From NCBI GenBank assembly GCA_965205215.1, contig OZ242041.1:576001-640000 (forward strand): DNA of 64,000 bases, written 5' to 3'. The notes under the pieces were generated by a model. That model was not told where the DNA came from. It saw nothing but the letters and a program-made list of their open reading frames with translations, and searched no databases. Positions 1 to 9,755 of the stretch are shown here, piece by piece (the first letter of the stretch is position 1; each line of letters starts with the position of its first letter). The translations under genes and the position numbers were made by a program. The DNA is from Nitrosopumilus sp. (GTDB lineage: Archaea; Thermoproteota; Nitrososphaeria; Nitrososphaerales; Nitrosopumilaceae).

Positions 1-1737
1 CAGGTCATACGCGGCTCGGCATCCTACACGATCGACCTCGAATCAGCGCAGATCCTCGAGACCGCGCCCGACAGCGGCGCGTTCGAGCTTGATCTGCCGC
101 TCGCGTACAGCGACGGTCCTGACGGTGCTATCCTGCAGGGAGACATCCTGCAGGTCGAGTACCGCGACCCGACCGACGCATCAGGCGAGGAGAACACCGT
201 CACAGACTCTGCCACGTTCGACCTGCGCAACGGCGTGCTCCAGTCAGACAAGTCCGTCTACATCATCGGCTCAGACATGATCCTGACGCTGATAGAGCCG
301 GACCTTGACCTGGAGAACGACGGCGCCGAATCCTACACGCTCGACCTGATCGAGTGGGACTCTGACGCCGCCACACTGGGCATGAACAACGCAGTATTCG
401 ATCCAGAGCCATCAGAGCTCCGTGAGACAGGCGACTCCACCGGAATATTCCAGGTGATCGCCGAGATTCCCGCGGAGATCGACGGCGACCGCCTCGAGAG
501 GGGCGAGGAGATCGAGCTCGAGTACGTTGACTGGGGTCCGTCAGGAGCCGACTATGTCGGCGACGAGAGCGAGGATGTCGGCCTAACGGTCTACACCTCC
601 AACTTTGGCGCGACCATCGAGCTGGACCAGAAGGTGTACACGTGGACCGACAAGGTCTACATCACCATCGTGGCGCCAGACCACAACTTCGACTCCGCTT
701 TGGTGGATGAGATAGGCGACTCCAACCTCGACCCGATACAGGTGTCCACGCGCAGCGCCGACATCGACAACTACAAGCTTGTCGAGACCGGTCCTGACAC
801 GGGCATCTTCACGGGAGAGGTGATCCTTATCGGATTCGACCACAACGCGGACGGCGACACCGAGACTGGCACCGACGCGGGTTACGACAACCCGCAGCGC
901 GACACCAGTCCAGATGGAAGCGGGCCCACAAACGGCTACCTCCAGACCGACGATGACGACGGCATCACCGTCTCATTCGAGTACTCTGAGGACGAGACCG
1001 TGGTTGGATCCGCGCTCATCAGGTGGAACATTGGCGAAGTGCAGTGGCTCGAGTCATCGTACCCGGCATCCGGCACAGGCGTGGTCAGGGTCATCGACCC
1101 AGACATGAACTGGAACCCGGAGGCAGTGAACAACTTTGTAGTTGACGTGTGGTCAGACGCCGACAACGGCGGAATCGACCTCACGGTAACTGAAACCAAC
1201 GAGGCGACCGGCATATTCGAAGGCACGGTGTTCTTCACCATCACCGACGAGTCATCCGGGCACCGCCTCCGCGTGGCAGAGGGCAACACTGTAACGGCCG
1301 AATACGAGGACAACACGCTACCAGACCCATACACGACAGCAGACGAGCTTGACATCACGGCAACAACCCTGATCGGCACCATCGTGCCTCCGCTGGAGAG
1401 GGCGCCCGCAACCAACCTAAGGATTGTGGATGCATTCGGAAACAGCCTTGACACGGTGTCCGCCGACCAGCAGGTGCAGATCGTCGCCGACCTGGCCAAC
1501 GGCCAGGACCGCTCCCAGGCCTTTGCCTATCTGGTACAGGTCCAGGACGCCAACGGCGTCACGGTCGCACTGTCATGGATATCCGGAACGCTGGAGGCAG
1601 GACAGTCACTCAGCCCGTCAACATCATGGATTCCATCCGGCGCGGGAACCTACACGGCGACCGCGTTCGTATGGGAGTCAGTTGACAACCCGACTGCCCT
1701 ATCGCCGCCGGTCACAACGGACATCACCGTAAGCTAG
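1..1737 (+). CDS. slaA: S-layer protein SlaA-like, C-terminal part (5' end lies upstream of the window)
   Basis: Frame is open from base 1 (QVIRGSASYTIDLES...). Very acidic beta-rich protein with repeated 'L-x-ET-G-x2-TG-I/V-F' motifs and the C-terminus 'AFVWESVDNPTALSPP', typical of Nitrosopumilus SlaA. Confidence 0.9.
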   Translation, partial: QVIRGSASYTIDLESAQILETAPDSGAFELDLPLAYSDGPDGAILQGDILQVEYRDPTDASGEENTVTDSATFDLRNGVLQSDKSVYIIGSDMILTLIEPDLDLENDGAESYTLDLIEWDSDAATLGMNNAVFDPEPSELRETGDSTGIFQVIAEIPAEIDGDRLERGEEIELEYVDWGPSGADYVGDESEDVGLTVYTSNFGATIELDQKVYTWTDKVYITIVAPDHNFDSALVDEIGDSNLDPIQVSTRSADIDNYKLVETGPDTGIFTGEVILIGFDHNADGDTETGTDAGYDNPQRDTSPDGSGPTNGYLQTDDDDGITVSFEYSEDETVVGSALIRWNIGEVQWLESSYPASGTGVVRVIDPDMNWNPEAVNNFVVDVWSDADNGGIDLTVTETNEATGIFEGTVFFTITDESSGHRLRVAEGNTVTAEYEDNTLPDPYTTADELDITATTLIGTIVPPLERAPATNLRIVDAFGNSLDTVSADQQVQIVADLANGQDRSQAFAYLVQVQDANGVTVALSWISGTLEAGQSLSPSTSWIPSGAGTYTATAFVWESVDNPTALSPPVTTDITVS

Positions 1738-1759
1738 CTAGTATATCACAGAAAACACA

Positions 1760-1795
1760 GAAAAAAATTCCCCCTTTTTTCTTTTTTTTACTTTG
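1760..1795 (+). terminator. T-rich archaeal terminator of S-layer gene 1 (mirror copy at ~18085-18120 serves gene 2)
   Basis: Pyrimidine tract with two oligo-T runs shortly after the stop codon. Confidence 0.6.
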
Positions 1796-1916
1796 GAACA
1801 ACAGCGGACGCTGTGACCGTCCATGCATGACATCCTTCCCCCTGACCTACCTAAGATCATGCGTAAAGTTCAGCCGCAATGCCGCGTTTCCGGCTATGTT
1901 GTTCTTTCAGGGTGTT

Positions 1917-2009
1917 AATCTAGAACATATAAAGAAATTTAGTGTAGTCAATCTGGAATATATAAAAGAGTTTAAGGTTAAAAATTTATAATATATAAAA
2001 AAGTTCTAG
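1917..2009 (+). promoter_or_regulatory. Three AT-rich direct repeats with 33-bp period upstream of the AAA_14 gene
   Basis: aatctagaacatataaagaaatttag (1917), aatctggaatatataaaagagtttaag (1950), aatttataatatataaaaaagttctag (1983). Confidence 0.6.
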
Positions 2010-2020
2010 ATGAGTAGGAT

Positions 2021-3532
2021 ATGGTACAAGAAAGTGACATACGGGGCGCCAATCCGTGGTGGCGGGATCCTTCAAGCATACAGGATGATCAAAAAATCAG
2101 GGATTGGGAAGAATCAGCAGCGAGATACGTACCCAGACTACTGCACGCCATCCGGTATGATTTTGAGCCCTCCAATACGGTGGTGTACTCACTGCGGGGT
2201 CCAAGACAGGTAGGCAAGACAACGCTTGTCAAGCTGCAGATAAAGGAATTTTTGGGCAGGGGCATATGCCCGTGGAACATACTATACTATACGCTGGACC
2301 TGGTAGGCACAGCGCAGGATCTTGTAGAGGTTATAGAGAGGTATATGAAAATAAGCAGCGGACTGCGCGGGGAAGACCGCTGCTATCTGTTTCTGGACGA
2401 GATCTCATCAGTACCCAATTGGCAGAAAGGAATCAAGTGGCTGGTTGACGGCGACAAGCTCAGGAACTGCACGATCATGGTTACAGGATCACATTCAATC
2501 GACATAAGAAACGCGGCGGAGAGACTGCCGGGGCGCAGGGGGAAAATTTCTGACAATCATGACAAAGTCTTGCTTCCGATGAAATTTTCAGAATACGCAT
2601 CAACTAGAAGCGACGGGATCAGAAACGTATTAAAAAAACACTTGCTGTCAGTCCAAGACAGGAGGGCCGTATTTAAAAAGCTGTTAAGCAAGGAAATCGA
2701 CGACCGGCTCTATCAAATGAGCGCGTACCGGGACGAGTTGGACGATCTTTTGCGTGAATATATGATAACGGGAGGAATGCCAAAAATCGTCAATGAGAAG
2801 ATAGAGACAGGCGGCATAAGTGAGAATTCATACAAGGTCTATCTGGACAGCATTGTGGGGCAGTGGTCCGCATTTCACAAGAACGAGTCAAGATTAAAGC
2901 AGTTCTGCAAGGCGGCAATCAAAAGCCAAGGCAGCCACACGTCATGGAACAGCCTGTCAAAGGAGGCGGATATTGACAGTATGGACACTGCCTCAAACTA
3001 CGCATATACGCTAAAAGATCTGTTTGTCCTGTCGGTCATACACCGGTATGGGGGCGATAAAAAGATCCCAATGATCAGAAGTGATAAGAAGCTCTATTTC
3101 CACGACCCATACTTCCTTCATATATTCAACGGCCTGACAAGTGCAAAAGACAACTTTGGGACCAGCCTGGACTACGTGGATCAAGAGGATAACCAAGGCA
3201 AGATTATCGAGGGTGTGACGGCAGATCACCTGATTAGATGGGCCTTTATCCTAAGCAACAAAAAGCAGACTTTTGACTATTACAATCACGTGTTTTACTG
3301 GAAGGATAAAAACAACAGAGAAGTGGACTTCGTGCTGTATGGCGTGGATGACATAGAGGTCCCCATAGAGGTCAAGTATAGAAAGAGGATTAATTTCAGA
3401 GAACTGTCCGGACTCGTGAGCTTTCTTGGCAGCTCTAATACCAAAAGCGGGCTAGTCGTTTCAAAATACGACTTAGAGGCAAGATCCGAGTACGTAGTCA
3501 TTCCGGCCGCGGTCTTTTTGCTCCTGATGTAA
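2021..3532 (+). CDS. AAA_14 / DUF4143 ATP-binding protein with C-terminal PD-(D/E)xK-like domain
   Basis: NPWW start, Walker A GPRQVGKTT, Walker B FLDEI, TGS, GGMP, KLYFHDP, EVDFV...IEVKY. GC is lower than in the flanks. Confidence 0.85.
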   Translation: MVQESDIRGANPWWRDPSSIQDDQKIRDWEESAARYVPRLLHAIRYDFEPSNTVVYSLRGPRQVGKTTLVKLQIKEFLGRGICPWNILYYTLDLVGTAQDLVEVIERYMKISSGLRGEDRCYLFLDEISSVPNWQKGIKWLVDGDKLRNCTIMVTGSHSIDIRNAAERLPGRRGKISDNHDKVLLPMKFSEYASTRSDGIRNVLKKHLLSVQDRRAVFKKLLSKEIDDRLYQMSAYRDELDDLLREYMITGGMPKIVNEKIETGGISENSYKVYLDSIVGQWSAFHKNESRLKQFCKAAIKSQGSHTSWNSLSKEADIDSMDTASNYAYTLKDLFVLSVIHRYGGDKKIPMIRSDKKLYFHDPYFLHIFNGLTSAKDNFGTSLDYVDQEDNQGKIIEGVTADHLIRWAFILSNKKQTFDYYNHVFYWKDKNNREVDFVLYGVDDIEVPIEVKYRKRINFRELSGLVSFLGSSNTKSGLVVSKYDLEARSEYVVIPAAVFLLLM

Positions 3533-3736
3533 ACCCGGCCGGGTCGGGACGGACGGGCCCGCAAATGCGGATGACGCAGAGCGCACGATCACACAGTAAG
3601 AATACGCGTTTGGGGGCTTGTGGCGCCGAATCCAAAGCTCGTGCATACTCTGAAACCCTCCTGTTGAGATACCTGCGTACGCCTTGAAAACCGCGCGCCC
3701 TCTTAACTTTATAAGAACCACGGCGCACACGGACTC

Positions 3737-4213
3737 ATGCCGGGCGCAGGGGTCGACGAGCTGGACGTCTCCATACTCAGGGAGCTCTCGGAGGACTCGT
3801 CCGTCTCCGTGCCGCGCCTCTCAGAAAGGATAGGCGCAAACCCGTCGGTGGTATACTCCAGGATAAAGCGGCTCGTCAAGAACCGCCTGATCGAGGGGTA
3901 TACCATAAAGGTCAACGGCGAGGCCCTCGGGTACGGCGTCAAGGCGGTGACCGGCATAAAGATGGACACGAACCGCCGCGACCACATAATAGACGAGCTG
4001 TTCAGGATAGACGGCGTCGCCGCCGTGTCCGAGGTGACCGGCAGGTTCGACATGCTTGTAACGATGTATTCGGAGTCGCTTGACCAGATGCACAAGGTCG
4101 TCTCCGAGAGGATAGGCCGCATCGACGGGGTGCTGTCCTCCGAGTCCTTTGTGGAGATGAAGTCGCGCGCAAAGGCAATGCCATATATGAGAAGCGGCGC
4201 CGGGGATGACTGA
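3737..4213 (+). CDS. Lrp/AsnC family transcriptional regulator
   Basis: DELDVSILREL...SVVYSRIKRL HTH, and EVTGRFD in the RAM domain. Confidence 0.9.
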   Translation: MPGAGVDELDVSILRELSEDSSVSVPRLSERIGANPSVVYSRIKRLVKNRLIEGYTIKVNGEALGYGVKAVTGIKMDTNRRDHIIDELFRIDGVAAVSEVTGRFDMLVTMYSESLDQMHKVVSERIGRIDGVLSSESFVEMKSRAKAMPYMRSGAGDD

Positions 4214-4218
4214 CAGAC

Positions 4219-5151
4219 ATGCAGCAGCACGAAAAGTCCCAGTCAAGGGTGGCCGTATACTATGAGCTTACAAAGCCCAAGATATGGTACCTGCTGGTGT
4301 TCACCGCGTTCGGGGCCACGCTGACGGCGTCGAACATATACGGGGTGGAGGTCTCCCCCGCCACCTGGGCCTTGGTGCTGTTCTCAGTCGCCGCCGGCTC
4401 GGCTGCGGCAAACACGCTTACAAACTACCACGACAGGGACATCGACGCCATAATGGAGCGCACAAAGAGCAGGCCGCTCCCCTCAAAGAGGATACACCCG
4501 GCCACAAAGGCCCGTAACTTTGGGCTCGTGCTGGCTGCCGCGTCCCTGGTGCTGGCAGGTGCGATCGCGCTAACCACTACCGTGGAGCAGGGGCTGTGGG
4601 CCGCGGGGTTCATCGCGTTCGGCCTGCTCAACAACGTGCTGGTGTACTCTTACGCGCTAAAGCGCACGTCCCGCACCAACATAATACTCGGCGGCCTGTG
4701 CGGGGGCGCCCCGCCCATGATAGGATGGGTGGCCGTTACAACGTCGGACCTGTGGACCATGGGCCTCGCGATGGCGGGCCTCGTGTTCATATGGATACCC
4801 ATGCACATCTGGGCGCTGACCCTGCACTTCAAGGAGGACTACAACAGGGTGGACGTCCCGATGCTGACGGCGGTGCAGTCTGAGAGGACGTCGGCCAGGG
4901 CGATTGCCGCGTCCACCGTAGTGATGGTGGCGTTCTCCATTGTGCCGTTCTTCCTTGCAATGGAGGACGGCACCGCCATGGTGGGGCCCGCGTACCTGTG
5001 GACGGCCGTGGCCTCCGGGGTTCTGATGATTGTACTGTCCGCGTGGGTGATTGCAAAACCCATGGAGAGGGCGTCGTGGACGCTCTTCAAGTTCTCAAGC
5101 CCGTACCTGGCGGTGCTGTTCATAGCGCTGATGGTCGACTCGGCCCTCTAA
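4219..5151 (+). CDS. ctaB: Protoheme IX farnesyltransferase (heme o synthase)
   Basis: ELTKPKI, DRDIDAIMERTKSRPLP, WIPMHIWAL...EDY, multiple TM helices. Confidence 0.95.
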   Translation: MQQHEKSQSRVAVYYELTKPKIWYLLVFTAFGATLTASNIYGVEVSPATWALVLFSVAAGSAAANTLTNYHDRDIDAIMERTKSRPLPSKRIHPATKARNFGLVLAAASLVLAGAIALTTTVEQGLWAAGFIAFGLLNNVLVYSYALKRTSRTNIILGGLCGGAPPMIGWVAVTTSDLWTMGLAMAGLVFIWIPMHIWALTLHFKEDYNRVDVPMLTAVQSERTSARAIAASTVVMVAFSIVPFFLAMEDGTAMVGPAYLWTAVASGVLMIVLSAWVIAKPMERASWTLFKFSSPYLAVLFIALMVDSAL

Positions 5152-5276
5152 GGGTCGGCCATATTCTTCTAGCGGGCCGGCGCCGGGATTCTCATCGCGT
5201 GGGGGTTAGGCGGTGTCGCCGCCACTCAGAACACGTGCGCGCGGCCCGTCCGCGCCCTCACGCGGTGGCGCCCGGC

Positions 5277-5528
5277 TCACGCGCCTGAGTCCAGCCCGTT
5301 TATCTCCCCGGTGACCTGCGAGTGCTCCCTGACTAGGTCTGCCAGTTCGGCGCGCATCGCATCCGAGTCCCAGCCGTGCTCTGTTATCAGGCGCGTCAGT
5401 TTTGACGCAATGGCCTGTTGCAGCGTGCTTTGTTTGTCTATGAGTTCCAGAAACCGCCTGCCCTTCTCTATGTCCGCGTCGCCATCGCTGTCCACGCCGC
5501 CCATGCATGACGTGTCCGTGTCTTCCAT
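5277..5528 (-). CDS. Small helical hypothetical protein
   Basis: Plausible composition (KGRRFLELIDKQ...). Start is uncertain. Confidence 0.6.
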   Translation of the reverse strand: MEDTDTSCMGGVDSDGDADIEKGRRFLELIDKQSTLQQAIASKLTRLITEHGWDSDAMRAELADLVREHSQVTGEINGLDSGA

Positions 5529-5616
5529 AAGTGTCGTTCCTTGCAGGGCCATTCGGCACATATGATATCACCGCAGCCGGCAGCGCGCACCGCAGGAAAC
5601 GTTTAAGGTTCTGTGT

Positions 5617-6099
5617 GTGGCACCACGGGCAATGGCCGGCGACAAGAAGAAAAAGGACGGCAAAAAGGCAAAGAAATCCTCGGGCAAGAAACCAGCACCA
5701 GTACGGCAGGGCGCCGCGGCAGCCGCCGCTGCCGCCGCGACAACCGAGCCGCAGCTGCCGTTCTCCATAGCCCCGGATCTTGAGCATTCGTGGAACCTAT
5801 ACCATGCGGCCCTGACGGGCTGGACCGAGTCGGCGGCCGTCCTGCAGAAATCCTCCATACGCGCGTCGGCCTCCTATCTTGAACTGTGCCGTCGGGCAGT
5901 CGACTTTGACACGGAGCTGCTCAAGGAGGCCGGCCTGTACTGGGCCGAAAAATGGCAGGACGCCTGCTCGGAGAGCGCCGTACAGCACGCGAGGGCTGCC
6001 ACGGCAGCCGCCGCGTTCCAGATACATGCCTTCAGGCGCGTGCAGGCCGGGTTACTTGCAGAGTATAACAGGCAGTGGGAGCGGGCGCTCTGGCCCTGA
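5617..6099 (+). CDS. Hypothetical protein (Lys-rich N-terminus, Trp-rich helices)
   Basis: Open frame with host-like codon usage. Confidence 0.5.
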   Translation: MAPRAMAGDKKKKDGKKAKKSSGKKPAPVRQGAAAAAAAAATTEPQLPFSIAPDLEHSWNLYHAALTGWTESAAVLQKSSIRASASYLELCRRAVDFDTELLKEAGLYWAEKWQDACSESAVQHARAATAAAAFQIHAFRRVQAGLLAEYNRQWERALWP

Positions 6100-6176
6100 C
6101 GGGGAATCATGTACATTAGTTCGCTGTTGCCCACAATGTTGCCATCGCCCCCGCCGCCTGCCTGCCCGCCCGAAAA

Positions 6177-7577
6177 TGTTATTACCGTATAGTACCGTAA
6201 TAATATCATGTTTACGTACCGAAAGTACCGCGTTCCCGTCCGCCTGAGCGCGGAGCAGAAGGAGGATGTTGCCAGAATGCGGCACGGCCAGCGCCATGCG
6301 TACAACTGGGCCGTCTCCAACCTCAGGGAGGGGTGGGATCCCAGCGACGAGTACGGCCTGTACGCAAGGTTCACCACGTACAGGCGCGGCGGCGAATGGA
6401 TGCGCTCCGTGCCCCGCGCCGTCCAGAACGCCGGAATCAGGGACGCGTTTACAGCGGCCAAGTCAATGCTGAGGCGCGGCCGCAACACCATATCAGAACT
6501 GGGATACAGAACCAGAAAGTCCGGCCGCGGCGCAGCGCTCAGGTGTTCGCTGGCGCCCGCCGTCGTGGACAGGCGCCTGATAAAGCTCCCCCGGTTCGGA
6601 ACCGTCAGGTGCGACGTACCCAACGCGCTGCTTGCAGGCGAGCCTAGGTCGTACGAGTTCGTCCGGACCGCGGGCGGCAGATACGCACTGTACGTGTCCT
6701 GCCGCGTCGGGATTCCCGCCGCCCGCCCCGCGGGCCCCGGCATGACGGTCAAGGGCGTGGATCGCGGTGTAATCGAGCCCACCGTCGTGGCAACTCTGGA
6801 CCACCGCGGCAGGCCGCTGGCCGCCGACTCGTACGACACGGCCTCCGCGTTTAGGGACGGCCGCGCCTCGTACCAAAGGCACCAGCGCCGCCTCTCAAAA
6901 CAGAACAGGAGGTCCGGGCGGTACCGCGGCCACCTCCGCATGCTCAACAAAAGGCTCAGGCGCACCCTCGACCGCCGCGCGTACGCGGAGTGCGTCGCCG
7001 CAAAGGAGATCTGCCGGACCGGCCGTCCGCGCGCAATCGTCATGGAGGATCTCAAGCTGTCAGACATGACCCGCAGGGGCGGCTCACACAAGAAAGACCT
7101 GAACCGCGAGATGCGCTTTGTGCGCCACCACTCCATAGAGCAGAGGATCAGGAACCGCGCCGAGATGGAGGGGATCGTCCTGAAGCACGTCGCGCCACAC
7201 TACACGTCCCAGACGTGCCCGGGGTGCGGCCATACGGACAGGGACTCCCGCGTGACGCGGGACATGTTCAGGTGCGTGTCGTGCCATTACACTCAGCAGG
7301 CGGACGTAAGCGCCGCCATAATAGTCGGGAGGGCCGGCCTGCGCCCCGCCGACGCCACGCAGGAGGCAGGCCCTCCGGAGGCGGGAATGGCCTTCGTGAG
7401 GCGCGAACTGGACGCGCGCCGCGGCAGGTTTTTGGCCGCGGGCTCCCCCGTGGAAGAGGGGGGATGCGAAAACCAAGCATCGGCTCGTCACCACTCCAAA
7501 ACGGAGCGGAGAAACAACGCCCAAAATATGCTCGGTTCGGAGTCGTCATTACAGCGGTAATGACTGCGATGAACCAA
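6177..7577 (+). mobile_element. tnpB-only (IS1341-like) element with terminal hairpins
   Basis: Left hairpin atgttattaccgta-tag-taccgtaataatat (6177-6206), right hairpin gtcattac-agcg-gtaatgac (7545-7564), no tnpA. Exact ends are uncertain. Confidence 0.6.
6208..7560 (+). CDS. tnpB: IS200/IS605-family RNA-guided endonuclease TnpB
   Basis: RuvC-I GVDRG, RuvC-II IVMEDL, zinc finger YTSQTCPGCG...FRCVSC, RuvC-III QADVSAA. Confidence 0.92.
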   Translation: MFTYRKYRVPVRLSAEQKEDVARMRHGQRHAYNWAVSNLREGWDPSDEYGLYARFTTYRRGGEWMRSVPRAVQNAGIRDAFTAAKSMLRRGRNTISELGYRTRKSGRGAALRCSLAPAVVDRRLIKLPRFGTVRCDVPNALLAGEPRSYEFVRTAGGRYALYVSCRVGIPAARPAGPGMTVKGVDRGVIEPTVVATLDHRGRPLAADSYDTASAFRDGRASYQRHQRRLSKQNRRSGRYRGHLRMLNKRLRRTLDRRAYAECVAAKEICRTGRPRAIVMEDLKLSDMTRRGGSHKKDLNREMRFVRHHSIEQRIRNRAEMEGIVLKHVAPHYTSQTCPGCGHTDRDSRVTRDMFRCVSCHYTQQADVSAAIIVGRAGLRPADATQEAGPPEAGMAFVRRELDARRGRFLAAGSPVEEGGCENQASARHHSKTERRNNAQNMLGSESSLQR

Positions 7578-8356
7578 TGTGTATAATTCCTTCTGACGGA
7601 TATCCATATACGTGCCTGCAGCGTCATATGGTCGTGCACGCGACCCAGTCCGACGCAATGCAGGAATGCCGCATGCGCGCCAAACAGATCCGGTTGTACA
7701 ACCCGGATCCGTACTCTACCGGGCATCACTTTGAGCAGTACCTGAGGGCCGCGAACGCCGCGGTCGACGGCATATTCCATACGGCGGGCATCGACTTTGG
7801 GCTGCTGCCGTGCATGGGCAGGCACGCCGCGCGCGACTCCTTTGAGGCCGCCATACGTGCAAGGGGGGGACGGGACGCGTCGGCCTCCGAGTTCCTCGGA
7901 TGGTTCGACGCGCAGCATTCCGGCCCATGGCACTCCGCGGTGTACACGCGCGCGGTGGGGGCGGCGCGCCGCATGGTGCGGGCGCACGGGCGGGCCCCCG
8001 GGGTCCGGATAATGATCGGCGTGTCGGACGGGTATGCAGACGACCCCTCGTATGAGGTTGACATAGCAGGGCTCACCTCGCGTGGCAGGCTGCGCTCCCG
8101 CGACGAGCTGTCAGTGGAGGTCAAGAGGCGGCTTCCCGCGTTCCTCGACATGGTGAATGACAAGAGGCGCCGCAGCGGCGAGCCGGCCGTGTCGGCCAAG
8201 GACGTGGGGGCGCTCTGCTTTGCAGTGGTCCGGCACGAGGGGGGAGAGACGCATACGGTGGAGATGGCCCGCGCGGCGGACGTGTACGTGCAGACCCTGC
8301 AGCGCATGATATCCGAGTCCGAGGCCCGCATCCGGGACCTGGCCGCGCCGTCATAG
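7577..8356 (+). CDS. Hypothetical protein (true start probably 7628 or later)
   Basis: Long ORF with host codon usage (QIRLYNPDPY...DFGL). Confidence 0.7.
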   Translation: MCIIPSDGYPYTCLQRHMVVHATQSDAMQECRMRAKQIRLYNPDPYSTGHHFEQYLRAANAAVDGIFHTAGIDFGLLPCMGRHAARDSFEAAIRARGGRDASASEFLGWFDAQHSGPWHSAVYTRAVGAARRMVRAHGRAPGVRIMIGVSDGYADDPSYEVDIAGLTSRGRLRSRDELSVEVKRRLPAFLDMVNDKRRRSGEPAVSAKDVGALCFAVVRHEGGETHTVEMARAADVYVQTLQRMISESEARIRDLAAPS

Positions 8357-8377
8357 GCAGTCAGGCAGTCAGGCAGG

Positions 8378-9151
8378 TCACCGGCTGTGCGCGTCAAAGC
8401 CGAAGATGGGATGCTGGTCCCTGACGGTCACTATAGGCATGTACACGTACCCGTGCTCTATCCTGTCGGACAGCTCGGGCTCCTGCGCCCTGTCGTGCCC
8501 GTACCTCAGGAACGGCTTGTCGGGCTTTGCGTCGCGCATCACGTGGTAGAACACGTAGTGGGACTCCTCCATGTCGTAGGCCACCACGTACCCCAGGGCC
8601 CACAGCCCGCCCACCGGCACCGCGTATATGACGGGATCCGGCTCGTCTGGAAAGTCCGGATCGTACGTGAGCCTCGCCAGGCTGCCCAGGTCGGCAAGCT
8701 CTATCGGGTGGAGCACGTCGGGTATGTCGTCTGCCGGCGGGTCGGCCTCCATATGCGTCAGGCACGGCTCGCTGTTTACGTGTATTATGGGCGCATAGCT
8801 TGCGGAATTTGACGCCGCGTCCACCACGTCGGTGCGCTCCCTTCCTCCGTCGATTACATATGATACGTACCTGCCGTCCTTTGGAAGCGGGGCGTACATG
8901 ACTACGAGGGTGTTTGCTAGGTTGAACACGGTCGCCGCGACGCGGGTGCCGCCCCCGTCGCCATTACTGTCGTTGCCGATGCCGTTACCGTCCTCGCCGC
9001 CTACGTCCGCATCATTCCCGCCCCCGTCGCCATCGTCATCCCTTACGAAACTGAAGATCCTCCTCGGGTGGGCCTGGTACGAGCATGCAAGCCTTGCCAG
9101 GTCCTCGAAACTCTCAAGCTCTATGTGGCACTCCGCCGGTTCCTCGCTCAC
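8378..9151 (-). CDS. Hypothetical protein with two internally similar halves
   Basis: IELESFEDLARL and IELADLGSLARL halves. Confidence 0.75.
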   Translation of the reverse strand: MSEEPAECHIELESFEDLARLACSYQAHPRRIFSFVRDDDGDGGGNDADVGGEDGNGIGNDSNGDGGGTRVAATVFNLANTLVVMYAPLPKDGRYVSYVIDGGRERTDVVDAASNSASYAPIIHVNSEPCLTHMEADPPADDIPDVLHPIELADLGSLARLTYDPDFPDEPDPVIYAVPVGGLWALGYVVAYDMEESHYVFYHVMRDAKPDKPFLRYGHDRAQEPELSDRIEHGYVYMPIVTVRDQHPIFGFDAHSR

Positions 9152-9185
9152 GGCGGGCGTACCATGGTGGTGCTTTTATTCTTGT

Positions 9186-9614
9186 CTAATAGTTCGTCTT
9201 GGGCCACATCGCGTTCCATGTCTCGGCAAACCGCTTGAGCATCTCGCCGTACGAGTTCATCTGCTCCAGGCCCGCCGTGCCCAGGGACTTTTGCCAGTTC
9301 TCTGCAAACTGCGCGAACCCGCCGGTTCCCGACTCGCTGAGGGCCCTCTGCCATCCCTCGCTGAACTCCCTGAACGACTTTATGCCCGCGTCGCGCATGG
9401 CGTCCTGCCAGTTCTCCGCAAAGAGCTTCATCGTGTCGGAGCTGGTATCCACGGTCGTCTTCTTCCAGACGTCGTTGAACCTGGACTGCATCTCGGTGCT
9501 TGCGGCCTGCGCCTGCTCGTACATCCTCTTCCAGTTCTCAAGGGACCTCGAGTACTCCCCCCACAGCTCGTCCCACTCCTTGGCTGCGGCGCCGGACTCG
9601 TCACCGTCTGACAT
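9186..9614 (-). CDS. Trp-rich amphipathic helical hypothetical protein
   Basis: Repeated 'F-A/S-E-N/G-W-Q' helices. Confidence 0.75.
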   Translation of the reverse strand: MSDGDESGAAAKEWDELWGEYSRSLENWKRMYEQAQAASTEMQSRFNDVWKKTTVDTSSDTMKLFAENWQDAMRDAGIKSFREFSEGWQRALSESGTGGFAQFAENWQKSLGTAGLEQMNSYGEMLKRFAETWNAMWPKTNY

Positions 9615-9755
9615 GAACAGAGCCCCATCCTCTCACAATTAAAGCTTGATTTCGGGCGCGGCGGCTCCGGCGGGATCGCCTGCGGCTGCTGCTACCACCA
9701 CTACCGCCGCCGCCCCGCGTGGATGGTTATTATTTGGAGGCACCGGGTGACTCCC

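Larger units (their letters stand above)
1..1830. repeat. Long inverted repeat with ~18047-19880 (3' parts of both S-layer genes plus terminator region)
   Basis: Bases 1-20 are the reverse complement of 19861-19880. The 1737-nt coding parts are collinear with few substitutions, and similarity continues ~90 nt past the stop codons. Confidence 0.95.

Noticed and set aside
7577-7597. Putative TnpB guide matching 12587-12595 (tgtgtataa)
   Set aside because: Only a 9-nt match, which is expected by chance.
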